Shown one piece after another: positions 48,039 to 61,174 of a DNA stretch of 64,000 bases; within the stretch, counting starts at the first letter, position 1, and each line of letters begins with the position of its first letter. Under the pieces are notes generated by a model. The model worked only from the letters and a program-made list of their open reading frames with translations. It did not search any database and was not told the origin of the DNA. Position numbers and translations under genes: made by a program. Source of the DNA: Lepidodermella squamata (lineage: Eukaryota; Animalia; Gastrotricha); assembly GCA_047495785.1 (NCBI GenBank), contig JBLDXI010000026.1, positions 620,001 through 684,000 on the forward strand, written 5' to 3'.

Positions 48039-50291
48039 TTACCAGAGTGAACACCGTAGTCCATTTGCCATTTTAGCCTTACCGGAACAATGAAATGCTC
48101 TCAGAAAATCATTGTTGCCATTCAGCCTAGCGTTGACTCGAACTTCAGGAGGCGAGTGAACATCGACCTCAAGTATGTAGGAAGCAGCCTGTGGAGTTCT
48201 GATGTAGCACGAAAGCTGGGCAAAAGATAGGAAAAAGAGCTGCTCGGAGGTGAAATAGCTGATCTGATCGCTTTCCATTTCTGTTTTACTGTCATTTAGG
48301 TGAAGTCGAAAGGCGTCAAGAGCTACTTTCAAGCCGCCATCATCTGCGAGATTTTCGGACAAGGTTTGCTCCCCATTGACAGACTTACCGTTGATGGCGT
48401 AAGAGCTGAATTTATCAATGTAACAGTTTGTTTTGTTGAGGAATTCAGATTTCGACTCTGAATCCCACCAGTCTCTCAAATTGCCGTTTTTGTCATACTG
48501 GCGGCCTCGAAAATCGAATCCATGAGTCACCTGGAAATATGTTCCTTAAACTGATTGGGGAAATGTCGCCTCAATTACCTCATGGCCGATGATGCTTCCG
48601 ATTCCAGCAAAATTAACTGCTTGGGGTAGTCCTTCATCGTCACGGTAGAATGGCTTCCGTAAAATCGCGGCTGGTAACATGACAGCGTTGTAAGATGGGT
48701 CATAATACGCGTTTACTTCCAAAGAATTGAAGGTTATCAAGGTGGGGTCTGAGATCCTCCTCAAATTCTAGAAGTAAAGTCGTTGAAAGGTTAAGATTAG
48801 GTTAGTCCGTCAGGTTTATAGCCTTACTGTATAACTCAGCTGTCTTCTCCATCGCTGAATGTATATACTGTTTTGTACGTAGCTATCTCCAATATTTATC
48901 ACACGAAATTTAGCTTCCATTGCAGTTAGATTTAGAATCCTGCTATCGTAACCCACTTTCGTGGACATCGCATCCAATTTTTCGATAGCAAGCCTTCTAA
49001 CTTCATCATCCATCCATGTTGCTCGCTGCAGCCTCGCTCGAAAAGCTGATCTTATCTTGGCGATCATTTCCGCGGTCCTGTTTTTCGTCTTAGCATCGAA
49101 ATGCCTTTGGATGAACATGTAACTGAGGGGCTCATTCATATTCTCGGCAGTATCGCTAACGCAGGTCTTCCACCTTTCAGGCAAACCCTGTCGACCGACT
49201 AAAGCTTCGTTCAACTTATCGGCCACAGCTTTGACTACGCCACCAAGAGCAGGCGCTTGCTCAGATATAGTTCGATAAACCAAATAATTTTGCAGAATTT
49301 TTCGACCCTTTGTTGAGTTTACATACTCGCTAACTAAGGTGCTGAGTTTAACGAAGTAAGATAAACCATACATTACGATTTTATCACCCTCACCCACTGA
49401 GACTCCTGCAGGTCTAAAAACGTCGTTCAAGAATTCGGTCCAATTCAAATAATTGAACCTATTTTGTAAGAAGGAGACATTGGCTTTGAAGTAAGTTGAG
49501 CTTCTATCATTTGACTGAGCTAAAGTTATCATGGCCTCTGCCCTTTTCTTTTCAAATTCTACAACGTCTATAATGCTCGAATTTTCTGATGGAACTTTAT
49601 TTTGCAGAGCTAGTTTGCTGAAAGAGTACAGCTCATCGACTAAAGAAATGAGATTCGGACTTGTAGAGACTGATCTGTTGAAGTAAAGATTACGAGCATT
49701 ATTCCCTAACAACAGAGATCCCTGTTGTAGGAGGACAACGTAATTTGATACGTTCTTGATATCTCTAGAAACTGACAGGGAAAACAGCCCACCGGAGCCG
49801 AAATTATGGCGCTTGATCAACGCAGAAGTTAGCGACCAATTTGAGGGTAATTCATCAGTGGAATTCAGGAATATTCCGCCGCCCAGATCTACCAATTTTC
49901 TCAGTGAAGCTAAGCTCGAGTTAGATATTTTAGATTCTGCTAAGCAAGACGCGTAGTAACGGCGAGTCTTTTGGAGGACCGAATCATTCTTTGAGGTAGA
50001 ATTTCTGTCCTCTAAGATTTGTTTCATCAGATTTGTTACTTCCTCATTCGCCAGTGTTAATTGGCTCAAACTCGTACGACCGGTAGGTAGAACGCTTTTT
50101 TTGACGAACCCACCGCATGCATAGCTGTAAAAGTCTTCGCATGGATCGATGGAAAGATCTGTTTTGTTTACCACATCTTGGAGAAGTCGATCGCAAGCCT
50201 CTGATGAGCAAGTTTTCCCAGCTGCAAGTCCATTTCCATGATGAATTAGCAAAACGGAGAAAAATTGAATGAAAAAGTCAGAGCTAAGCAT
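48039..50291 (-). CDS. M13 neprilysin/ECE-like zinc endopeptidase, probably secreted (about 714 aa)
   Basis: Exons 50291-48828, 48767-48579, 48530-48039 (2145 nt). DPCEDFYSYACG, VNAYY, GHE|VTHGFD (HExxH across an intron), ENLAD, HSPPEVRVN, C-terminal CSLW. Short hydrophobic N-terminus with no cytoplasmic tail. Confidence 0.93.
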
Positions 50292-50943
50292 TATCAGACG
50301 AACATGTTGAAGTTAGTGTTAAGAGTTCATGCAGTACTGGAACAATTGGGTTTTGGCGCTACTATTATTTTATATCACACCTAACACATTTTTTTCATCT
50401 TCTTGTTAAGCTTCTCTTTCTCAATGAAAGAAAACGAGCGTTTCAGTCACTAAATTAATCAGAGCGCTTTATTACTAGAGTTTGTGGATTAATTACTTTC
50501 TTACAAAGCTGGTTAATCTCAGCAAATTACGATCTAGATTTTTCGGAGTAAACAAATGACAACTACGTTATTTTCCTTAACATCCTCACCCTCATGCAGC
50601 CCATTATGATAAACCGTTTTGTAGCTTAATTTGCCTCTCATTTGCTTGTTATTGAGATTTGATGCGCATCTATGAGATAAAACGCGGTTTAATGAAGAGT
50701 CGTAAAAGCATAGTATTATTCGTGTGTTTGCGCCAATTAGCCGCGGATTCTAATTGTTTTTACATGTATATAATAATTCATGAGCTGAGGAGCGTCATTT
50801 TTCATCGCCTTACATGCTTGTTTATATATACTTCATCGGGAACCGGTAGTCACCAACTCACGAGTCGGTACAAAAATGTCAACTGACATTTGAGACTGAA
50901 CCATACCCGTTGGTGCTAAAAGATTTGACATTCTAAGCAAACA

Positions 50944-53054
50944 ATGAAGCTTAATTGCTCCATACTTCTATTCCTATTACTCGTGGGCCATTCAATGGCT
51001 CTCTCTGAGAAAAATAAGGAGATTTACGGGTTGGAAAAACCTCCTATCACTCAATCTCAGTCGCAAGAGTTCCCGTGGCTCGTGAGTTGATATTAGACCT
51101 CTAAATTCTATTGAAGCTAATAACATTTTATAGGCACGACTGACTTTCAATTTGAAAGAGCGCCAAGTACCCGAATATTGCGCTGGAACGCTTATTTCTG
51201 AAAATTGGCTGCTCACCTCGGCTCAATGCATCACTCGTGCTCAACTACTTGATGCCATCAAGTAAGACTGTTGAAACCATTCTATTACTTTAAATGAAAC
51301 CGTTTCTCATTAGCTATACAGTTCAGTTTGGCAGCATTATCGAGCAAAGCTCTAGAACGTATACCTTTAACCTGTCAAACATATTTATCCACCCCAACTT
51401 TAAATCGGGGGCTGACTTGAGCTTCGACTTCACCATAATCAAGCTACCTCAGCCCGTAGAGCTGAAAAACAATGTTAAGCCCGCGGAACTCCCTAGTCGA
51501 GATTTATGCACCAATAACGCAGATTTCGAACCCTTTTCATCGGGCTATGACAACTGTCTCAGTTCTGTAACTGCTGGATGGTCAATCGACGATATCAGCC
51601 CTCCTATTCCTATCATGAAAATGGCTCAAAGCCTTCTTGAGTTTGAAAAATGCTCCGAAGAGGGCGAAACCAGCAGCGAAAATAGGTTTTCTCCCTCTAA
51701 ATTATGCGCTGGGGCAAATAACGAAGACATCGACGACCAATGCTTGCAACTTCCTGCTAATCCTATGGTTTGTACTACAACCCCAACTGGGGAAGAATCC
51801 GGCAAGATTTTGATCGGAATTTACTCATATGGCGAATGTGGAAAACGAAGCACTCAGCAAACTTTGAGTGTCTTTGCAAGAATCTGCGGTGTATTGGACT
51901 GGATCGAGAGTCTTATCTCAGCCCCAGAGCCAAAATCAATCCCTGAGAACCGCAAATGCGATGAATCAATCGATGACACCCCTGCTCCACCTTACTGCAA
52001 GGAAGCAAGTATTCGCTACGTTTTCAGCAAGTCGCTTGGAGGCTGTATTCAACTCCTCAGCTGTTCCGAAGGGCACGAGAAAGGTTTCGAGAATGAGGAA
52101 CAGTGCAAGAAAGCGTGCACAGGGCAATCCTCAAAAGAAATCATTCCGGTTTTCAACGACGAGTCAACTGAATTGAAACCTTCCACTGATCCTGTGAATC
52201 GGTGTTTTGCCGAGCTGAAGAGGGACAGCGATTACGGAAGTTGCGAGCAAGCCTATCGATTCTACTTCAGCCAGATAAACAGCCGATGCATCCGCTACCC
52301 AGGGTGTGTGAATAATGATTTGGCTGCCAATAATTTTGGGACGGAGGAAGAATGCATGTCGGCCTGTCAGTTGATCTACAAAATTGACCCGCTAACCAAC
52401 GACCCTCCGCCATCTGTAATTGAAAGTGGAGCCGCGGTCATTCCTCAAAACCCAGAGCAGAGAAGCAGGGCTCTAGTCCGACAACTCCTCCCGCCATATC
52501 GAACACTGTTCTCCCCTCCGAAAAACAATCCAAGTAAACTCTGACATTTTCCTGAACAATCTTGCCCAATTTTCTGTTTCTTAGGGTGCCATCTCCCGTT
52601 GGTCAATGGTGTTGATTTCGGCGAATGTCCCAAACCGACAAGCAGTTGGCGGTTCTACTGGAACAGATCGTTAGGACGATGCTTAGGTTTTCATGGTTGT
52701 TCGAATGTTCCTCGAAACAACTGGGACTCTGAAGGTGAATGTCTCAAAAATTGCCGTGACTCAGACTTGGTAGTGTCTCTCGATGATGCGGAGCCTGTTT
52801 TAGTCAGCATTCGAGGTCCTGCTAGATGCTCAATGCAGCTAATCAATGGTTTGGATTTCGGCGGCTGTGGAAAGGAGACGCGGTATCTCTACAGCATATC
52901 TCTTCAGGCGTGTATAAAATTCAGAGGCTGCGTTAACCCGGATGGCGGTAACAACTTTGCTTCGAGACGTGAATGCGAGTACGTTTGCGAAGTCGCAAGA
53001 TCACGCAAAAAAGGCATCCAAGTCAAATCAATAATCAAAAACTTTTTGAGATAA
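50944..53054 (+). CDS. G14: secreted trypsin-fold pseudoprotease (His57->Gln, Ser195 lost) + four Kunitz-like domains
   Basis: Exons 50944-51081, 51134-51261, 51314-52533, 52585-53054. FPWL|ARL, CAGTLI...TSAQC, FDFTIIKL, DQCLQLPANP; Kunitz-like CDES...CKKAC and three D[FY]G types (SDYGSC, VDFGEC, LDFGGC); AATAAA at 53085. Confidence 0.87.
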
Positions 53055-53249
53055 TAATACGATATAAATATAGAACTAAGTAATAATAAACAGTCTATTG
53101 TGACGCAGACATGCTTTAATGACATCAATATTTACCTGAATTAACACATCTTGGTGTCTAAATATTTGTCAATAAGAAGTTGCGCACGGGTAGGAGTTCC
53201 GGCCATTAAACTAAAAATATCTTGCGCGTGCTTGAACTAATTTTATATA

Positions 53250-55216
53250 CAGTGCTCCCCCGCTATCTGCATGGGGGCCGGGTCCAGGGTCGTGCAATTA
53301 TCGAGGGAGACAGCTAACGGGGGCTGTAAACGAGTCAGGGATTAAGTTTGAGCGAGTTGCTAGCCAGATGGCACTGAACAAACAGTAAACATGACAACGC
53401 GTCTTGATTTTTTATTTCGCCTCTTGACTCTTTTTATTTTGAGCGGAAAATCGCATCCACGAAAATTGTTCACGTTACCACGTGATTTTTAGTACTAAGG
53501 CATTCACGATAAATATCAACTGTCCCGGCAACTGTGGGACACCTGAGTTCTGATTTTAAATTAAAAATATTTAAATTATCACAAACTTTCAGTTAAATTT
53601 CAAAATCTAGGCTACCAGCTATCAACAGAAATAACGACCGTATTTCATATGCAGAGGCGTAGGATCCCGATAGAATAATAATCATCGACTGGCAAATCAG
53701 CTGAGTGAAAGCCGGCCTAGTCGGAAAATCGGCCAGAAGCTCCCGCCGCCCCTCCTCGGGATGTTACGATTTTCAAAGTCAAATTCAAATAATTAAAATG
53801 GTTAAAATATTGCACGTAATCGCCAGGATATTGAACAAATCAACGGTGAATAAGTAGAAGCCAATTTCATGCTAGTCTTGTCGATGGATGATCCCATAAA
53901 ATCGAGAGAATGTCATCCATTTACGTTAAAATAAATCTATCTTTCAAAATTAAATTAAATTCCAATAATAGGACTTTTTCGTGACAAGGACAATAAAGCT
54001 TCTGGTATCGAAGAGTTTCCCAAAATAATTTGTAATATTTTTGATAATTTTTACGAAGCCGCCTCTTTCTTTTATGAATTTCATCGAACTAATGGGATTG
54101 AGCGATCACAGACTTCGTAATTTCAAGTCATAAGACCGTCAAGAGGAAACACCGATTCGATAAGAAAATCGATTGAATGAATGAATTATTATCTTCCCAG
54201 GCTTGGTCTGATTTCCATTCAAGTGGCCTAATAAGATCACAGCAATTTGAAAAATCGGGCAGAAGCTCCCGCCGCCCCTCCTCGGGACGTTGCAATTTTC
54301 AAAGTCAAAATTAAATTATAAAAAGCTGTGAATGAACCGGGAAAATTGCCTGGGCGTTGAGCAAGTAAAGCGTAAAGTAGTGGCAGCCAGTTTCATGTTA
54401 GATCAGGCCTATCGACTAACGAAAATCGGCTAATAATTCCAATAACTAAGGACAACTGGAACGAGTGAAATCAGTCTAATTATGAGAATAAATCCATGTA
54501 TCGAAATTGAAATAAAATGTGAAAACCTGGACATGATTCTTCATGATTACGCAACACAGCCGGGAACAAAATTGGGAGAAACTGAAGTTTCAGTGTCCTA
54601 AAATAAATCACAATTTAAATCCTAATTTGATCATGCTAATAATGCTGGTAAATTGCAAGAGATTTTCTGGCCGCGAAAAAGCTAAATAATGAAAAATCAG
54701 GGCAATTCCGATGGGTCTATTACTTGAACAGGAAATGACCTCAAAAAATCTCAAAAATCTGTAAATCAAGGAAATAGAAGATGGACGGGCAATTTATAGT
54801 TATTGAAATGAATTGCTGATTTTGTCTGATAAACTGGCGTAATTTCTGATGGAAGTTTAACTATAAAAAAGCAAGACGACTCGCAGCACGACTTGAGTGG
54901 CACTAATCCACGCACTCTGTTGCATAATCAAAGTCATTTCAAAACCATAAGAACAGCTTAATGCACTGATGATCTTTCAACTCGTTTTAACTGAACTTGA
55001 AATAACTGGATCCGAAACGGATCTCTCAAAACCACGACAACGGCCGCTAGGTTTCCAGGAACGCTAAATTTTCACACTTAATTTTTTTAATTTATCAAAT
55101 AATTATTTTTTGTTTAATTAAAAAATTACAACTAATTTATTTAGCGGGGTCCACAAATCGATGACTACTAACGGGGGTGGGCAGATAGCGGGGTTGCAGA
55201 TATCGAGGGAGCACTG
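53250..55216. mobile_element. Non-autonomous Tc1/mariner-pogo-like DNA transposon (about 1.97 kb)
   Basis: 22-bp TIRs CAGTGCTCCCCCGCTATCTGCA (53250-53271) and TGCAGATATCGAGGGAGCACTG (55195-55216), 2 mismatches; TA on both flanks; no ORF of 60 aa or more inside; internal direct repeat of about 58 bp near 53726 and 54251. Confidence 0.88.
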
Positions 55217-55700
55217 TACGTAGCTCATCGTAGTTTGAGTTATGCAAAAATAGAAAGTGTAACTCGGACAGGTCGGGTAGTTAAACAGGTTTGAAAATAT
55301 GAAGATTCACGAGGTGCTAATCAAAACTGAGATATGCCTTACGAGATACGAATTGGACCAGCAGAAATCCTAACTTACAGCTAATTTTTTCTCTGATAAT
55401 TTTTATGAGAATGCCCTGGTTTCAAGTTTCAAAACACCTCACGAATGTATTCATATTCCTGGAACCATCCTACATCCAACCGAGATTTTAGGGCATCATT
55501 CTGGTCTGTTTTTGAACGCAAACAAAGAATAAAGCATCATTGGGAATTGTTAGTGGGAATGTAAGCTGATGAGATTTATGTAGGACGAACGAACACCGAA
55601 TTCAAATCTAGCTATTCCTCGGAAAGAGCAAGCACCACGAAAAGAGACTTATGAAAATGCAGATATTGCGTGGAACTTTGTAGAACAAAGAATTTGACAT

Positions 55701-57159
55701 TTACGGGCTCCAGGGCTGGGATCTGACTGGAAATAACGACACTTTTTTCAGCATATTTCTTCGAACGCAATCAAAAATTGGTTCGGGCCGACAGGCTACG
55801 GCTGTAATGCTCTTTCTGAGTTCGCTGTGGGCCCAATTCAGCATATTCATGCTTTTTCCGAAGTGATGCCGATGATCGTCGAAACAGCGATTGCTGGTTT
55901 TCGAGCAGAACAGATGGAACGCTGTTTGTAACGCTAACCTGGCTCGAGATAGCCGCGGATTGCTGTTTCCACTTGCCGCCGTGTCTAATAAGATATATAT
56001 TTGCTACTTTTGCAAGTGAGTCTCAATGCTTACCCAAAAGAATGAGATTGATAAATAGGGCACTCTCAACAAAACTAGGTCGCCAGCTTAGCATTTCGTC
56101 GTTCAACCTTTCCATTGAATCAACGGCAGTCTGGAAAGTTACGCTAATAATATGTTCAATTTTTACTAGAATCTTGTTCATTTTTACCGCCATTTCTGGG
56201 AAATGATGGATCATCTGCGGTATTATTGCGGGATTGACAAACAAAGAGCACTGAGTTGCGGGCAGAGCTGAATAGGCGACCGAAGCCTGCGCCCAGCCAC
56301 TAGACATGATTGTTTCGAAATCATTCTCAGCCAGATTGTAGGTGTCTAAGACAAAGCTTGGGAGAGCCAAATGTTACGCTGAAAATGTACCTTTCATGAA
56401 GGTAACATAGCCTCGACCGACTCTGTAGAGCTCAGCAATATGATCTGTGGTGAACGATTGGGCCAATTCAGCTGAATTCTCGAAACCCACCGTTCGCTTC
56501 CTGAGGCTCAACTACGAACGAAGAAAGCAACTTATGATATAATGGGAAGTAACCAAACAACAAACCAATTGCAGATCATGTAGAAGAGTAAAGCCATGGA
56601 TCGAGCCTTGAATAGCCTTTTCAATTAGCCCACCATCGAATAAATTAGGGGTGGAGGGAATAACACGCTCAACTTCGACAGGTGAAGAAGCACTGCCAGT
56701 AGATTGCTTTCTCTCAATTGACGGAGAGCAATTCCTGAGCCGAGAACTTCCTGCTGCAAATTTTTAGCTAGATTATGAAAACAAAAGTGGAAATTCTAAC
56801 GTCGCATTCCATTGTTGATGCACTTTTCGATTCGGCATCGAGGGCAACATTCGCCGCTATCTTCCCGGCTTCGGTTCACTTCACACTTGTTGCTCCCGCC
56901 AAAGCACACAAGCTGCGACCGTCGATGGTAATTCCGTGTGAAAAATTTCTTGAAAACGAATTGGATATGTCCGGCTGTTTTTATTAAGAAACACTCACTT
57001 GACATGCCTGGCATACTCGAGGGTGGTAAAGTTTGCGTTGAGGGACCGACACCACGCAAATCTGGTTCGGAAACCTATAATCACGGGAAATACTGTGGAT
57101 TGGGAACTCACTTTGCATGAAATCATCCCATGAATTTTTAGGTCAGTACGCGCTTGCAT
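55701..57159 (-). CDS. NR-A: divergent nuclear-receptor-like protein (C4 zinc-finger DBD + LBD-like region)
   Basis: Spliced MQARTDLKIHGMISCK|ICVVSVPQRKLYHPRVCQACQ|KFFTR...CFGGSNKC...CPRCRIEKCINNGM (exon 1 57159-57112, exon 2 57061-56999). Later exons are colinear with NR-B/D, including WRPSFVESALFINLILL. The 3' end is less certain. Confidence 0.7.
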
Positions 57160-57440
57160 TTTTAGCGTGTCGGGGCTTTGAAAGATTGAAAGTGAGCTAA
57201 TGTGCCCCCTTGCGCGTGCAAATGCAAGGGAAAGGGAGTTTTTACGTCATTCATCGTATAAAAACTCGGACCCTATCAACTTCCATCAACATCGTCGGCT
57301 TTCAAGTACGACACAATTGATTAAATGGGCCACCTGCATTTTATGACTGTCTCCTAGCATGGGATATCTAATCAATACTTAAGACATCTCATTTCATTGT
57401 AACGAGAAGTACGAGGTATGCCGTGTTAATAAAAAAAGCC

Positions 57441-58862
57441 TTATTGAATGTTGAAATATTCAGAAACAATTGGGATTTGTTCCGGTTCGTAAAACATGAA
57501 TGCTCTGGCAGCTGTTTGCTGAGCCGCAGTTTGTAGCGCAGCAGCAGTGTCCTCCCCTAACTGAATCGTCTCCGAGGCGGCTTTTTCGTAGTCCTCCGAG
57601 CATTTAATCGCCGCTTTTCTAGAGAAAAGCAACTTCAGAGCTAGATGAAGAGTGCTTCGAAAGTTTTGAATCCCTGTAATTCGTGATTGATCGCAGCCTG
57701 TTCAGGGTAATGATAACCGAGCTCAAGTAGCTAGCTAAATAAGTTGAAGCAGCAAACCTCTCAAGAAGACCAATGAAAGTAACAAGGCTGCCTCAGCAAA
57801 TGATGGTTTCCATTTCTCAATATGACGAGTCAATCTTAATCCTGCTTGTACCGACATCTGAAATGAAACCGAGAGATTTAAGGCTGGACATAAGACAATT
57901 TTTCATTACATTATGCTCTGGAAATACTGACAACAAAGTTGGCATCATCGACGGATCCATAAAGAAGCCATCGGTCGAAACACCCAGGAGAGGCAGCGCA
58001 ATCATCGCCATAACAGAGAAATTCTTGGCGATTAACTTTTTCGACAAGTCCAGCGGAATGCCGAACACAGCTGAAGGAGGTAAAGAAATGCAGTATGACG
58101 CATGGTATTAAATGGTTCTCACGAGCTATCGAATAAGCAATTTTGCGACTGATCTTTGCCAATTCACAAGCTTGACGCACCGACAAATCAATAATGGTTC
58201 TCACGTCAAGATCAGCTCGCCGTGAGGTCAACATCGGTAACTGTTTGCGAGGAGTTATTCGGAAGCGAAAAAAGAGACAGAAAACTTACGGAGCTTAAGT
58301 CGTGAAGTTGCACAATTCCTTGTATTGAGGCAGCAATCGCCTTTTCAATTTTCTGCCCGTCGAAAAGTGGCGGATCTACAGCGAGAGGCAAGTTCTCCTC
58401 AGAGCGGATGGGATGCTTTTTTGCAAGCGATCCCTGGTTTGATTTCAGGGCTAAAAATAGGGTGGAAAATCGAAACCTGAGCCGCCAAAATAGTCGTCAA
58501 ATAACTTTTCTTGCTCTGCATTCCGACTGCGAAGCATTTATCGATGCGGCATTTAGGGCATGCTTGACGAGTGTTTCGAATAATTTTGCAATCGAATCCT
58601 CCCTTGATGCAGCGTAAATCCATGGTCGTAGCATGTCTGGCAAAGAATTTCTGCAGATAAGTCAAATTTGTCAAGGTATTACATATAGTATTGAGTGATT
58701 TCTCACTTGACAGGCTGCACATATCTTTGGATGGTACAGCTTCCTACGAGGAACAACTGAGGAGCAGACCTATTGGGGAATTAAAATTGAGATGCTTATC
58801 AGAAAAACTCACTTTCCCACCTTGCAATAAACGATTTGTTTAGCTCTTTCGAATTCCGCCAT
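57441..58862 (-). CDS. NR-B: divergent nuclear-receptor-like protein, 8 exons, frame intact
   Basis: MAEFERAKQIVYCK|VCSSVVPRRKLYHPKICAACQ|KFFARH...CIKGGFDC...RQACPKCRIDKCFAVGM; LBD-like WKPSFAEAALLLSLVFLRG. Confidence 0.8.
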
Positions 58863-59604
58863 TCCAAAGCTGCTGAAGTTCAGTTGGTTCTTCAAGATTA
58901 AATACCTATGCTGAGCTGAAGATGGGCTTCAATGCGAAACAAAACTTTAGTTTTTAGTGAGCAAGTGAGTAACGCACTTCTCCCCTGACGCGTAATAAAT
59001 CGATAAATCGACCGGCTGTTGAGATGTTGCACTAAAACATCCTTTTATCATGTTTTTCGACGAGTCTGTCTGTTTCCATACTCAACACCTATCCATGACA
59101 TGACACGTTATTTTGTAATATGGTTACTGGATATATACGGATATCAGTAATAAGTAATCTGCAATCACTGACCAGAACTACGCAGAGAGACTCTAAACAA
59201 CACCAGTGACATTGTTAAAAAACATTAACAGTCGATATGGCATCGGGTGGTTTTCATAACGCAACGTTCGCCGAAGCGCAGGATTTCCACCTTGAATTCT
59301 TTATTCGTTATAAGTATGCAATAAATTATTATGCAATAATATTATTCTTTAATGGCGATATTCAAAATCGACTTGAAAATTCATGGAACAACAAAAATAA
59401 TCGATTTCGATATCGAATTATGGAGCTACGCAACAATTACACAGAAGCAACGCATGAAATCAAGAATCAAGTATACTTATCTTCTAGCATGAGGACTTCC
59501 GTCGACGTTACAAACATTTGCTATGATTAACTACTTAATTGAATAATTTAAAAGTAATTTTCAGGAAATTTAAAAGTGACCATGTCCGGTTAATGAGACA
59601 AGTG

Positions 59605-61007
59605 CTAATGTATATTGAAAAATTCAGAAACAGTTGCACATTGTTCAGGTTTGTAGTAGATAAATGCCCTGGGAGCTGTCAGCCGGACTCCGTGACGTAG
59701 CGCTGCGACAGCCTGCTCCGCCAACCTGATAGTAGCGGAGGCGGTAATTTCTTGGTAATAGGACCCTTGAATCGCGGCGTTTCTAGAGCAAAGCAGCTTG
59801 AGAGCAAGATGGAGAGTGCTCTTGAAGTTTGAATCTCCTTACATCCCGATTGTTCGCAGCCTGTTGCAAATCACTACCAAGTTGAAGTATGTAGTAGTAT
59901 AGGAAATTGAAGTAATCAACCTCTCAAGAAAGCCAATGAAAGTAACAAAGCTGACTCTGTAAATGATGGTTTCCATTTCTCAATATGACCGCCCAATCTC
60001 AGCCCAGCTTCCACTGAACCCTGCGGTGAAATTTAACGCCAAGAAATAACGCTAATCATTGTTACATACCCTATGTTCAGGAAATATCGATAGAAAAGTG
60101 AGCAAAAGAGCCGAGTCCATGTAGAAACCATTGCTTGAAACACCAAGCAGTGGTAACGCAATTGCGGCCACGACTTTGAAGATCTTCGCGGTTATCATTT
60201 TCGATATTTTGAGCGGAATGCCGAACACAGCTGGGAAATGACTTAATATTTCCAGGTTCATAATTCAATTGAAAACGGCACATACGAGCAATCGAGTTGG
60301 CAAATTTAAGACTGAGTTGTGCACTTTCACAAATTTGATGCGCCGTTAGCTCAACAAGAGTTTTTGCATCTAAGTCAGCTCGCTGGGGTGTAAACATCGG
60401 TAACTGATCACGAGATGAATGTTTTTTGGCTTCAAATAGCTTCGGGCAATGAACTTACTGAGCTCAAATCATGAAGCAGCAACATACCATGAATTGAGGT
60501 AACTATCGATTTATCAACCTTCGACCCATCATAGAGAGGCGGGTCCACGACCAGAGGAAAGTTAGGTTCCCATTCTAAATTTGAGTTTTTTCTCGGCTTG
60601 ATTGCTGTTACAAATCCTAAAGCGGCAAACTTAGTATTCAAACAAAAAGTATTGCTCAATCACTCTTCTTATTCATCATTCCGACTGCAAAGCATTTATC
60701 AAGGCGGCATTTGGAGCAGACTCGATAAGTATTTCCAGTAATGTCGCAGTTCGATTCAAGAATGCCGTGCAAAGAACTTCTACACATAAGTAGATAATTT
60801 CTTAATAATAGATAAGTAGATAATTAAATCTAAATTCATTTCCTTACTTTGCAAGCGAAACATATCTTCGGTTGATTGAGCTTCCTACCAGTTACTACCG
60901 CTGAGCAGACCTAAAAATTGGGAACTGGAACGCTGGTTAAAGCTAAAAATGTTCTTACAACTCACCTTGCAAAAGACTATTCTATTCAATTTATCCCAAT
61001 TTGCCAT
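59605..61007 (-). pseudogene. NR-C: nuclear-receptor-like pseudogene
   Basis: Same exon layout as NR-B/D. A deletion in zinc finger 2 gives KFFARHS-stop (TGA 60758-60756) and a frameshift; a second 1-nt deletion lies in the last exon near 59828-59830 (CAAAC versus CAAAAC in B and D). Confidence 0.8.
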
Positions 61008-61174
61008 ATTGAATTTTCGATTGATGCAAGAGCCAGGTAAGCTAGGCATATTCTCTGCCCACTTGAGTGACCTTTCCTACTCTATTTTATTATAATTTTC
61101 TCTTTACCTAGTGAATATTTTAGCGCGATGCAACTATATTTTGGTATCGTTAACCAATCGCTATTAAAGTGCGG

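Noticed and set aside
53250-55216. Autonomous transposon or captured gene
   Set aside because: No ORF of 60 aa or more and no DDE/D motif visible to me; a translated search could still find decayed remnants.
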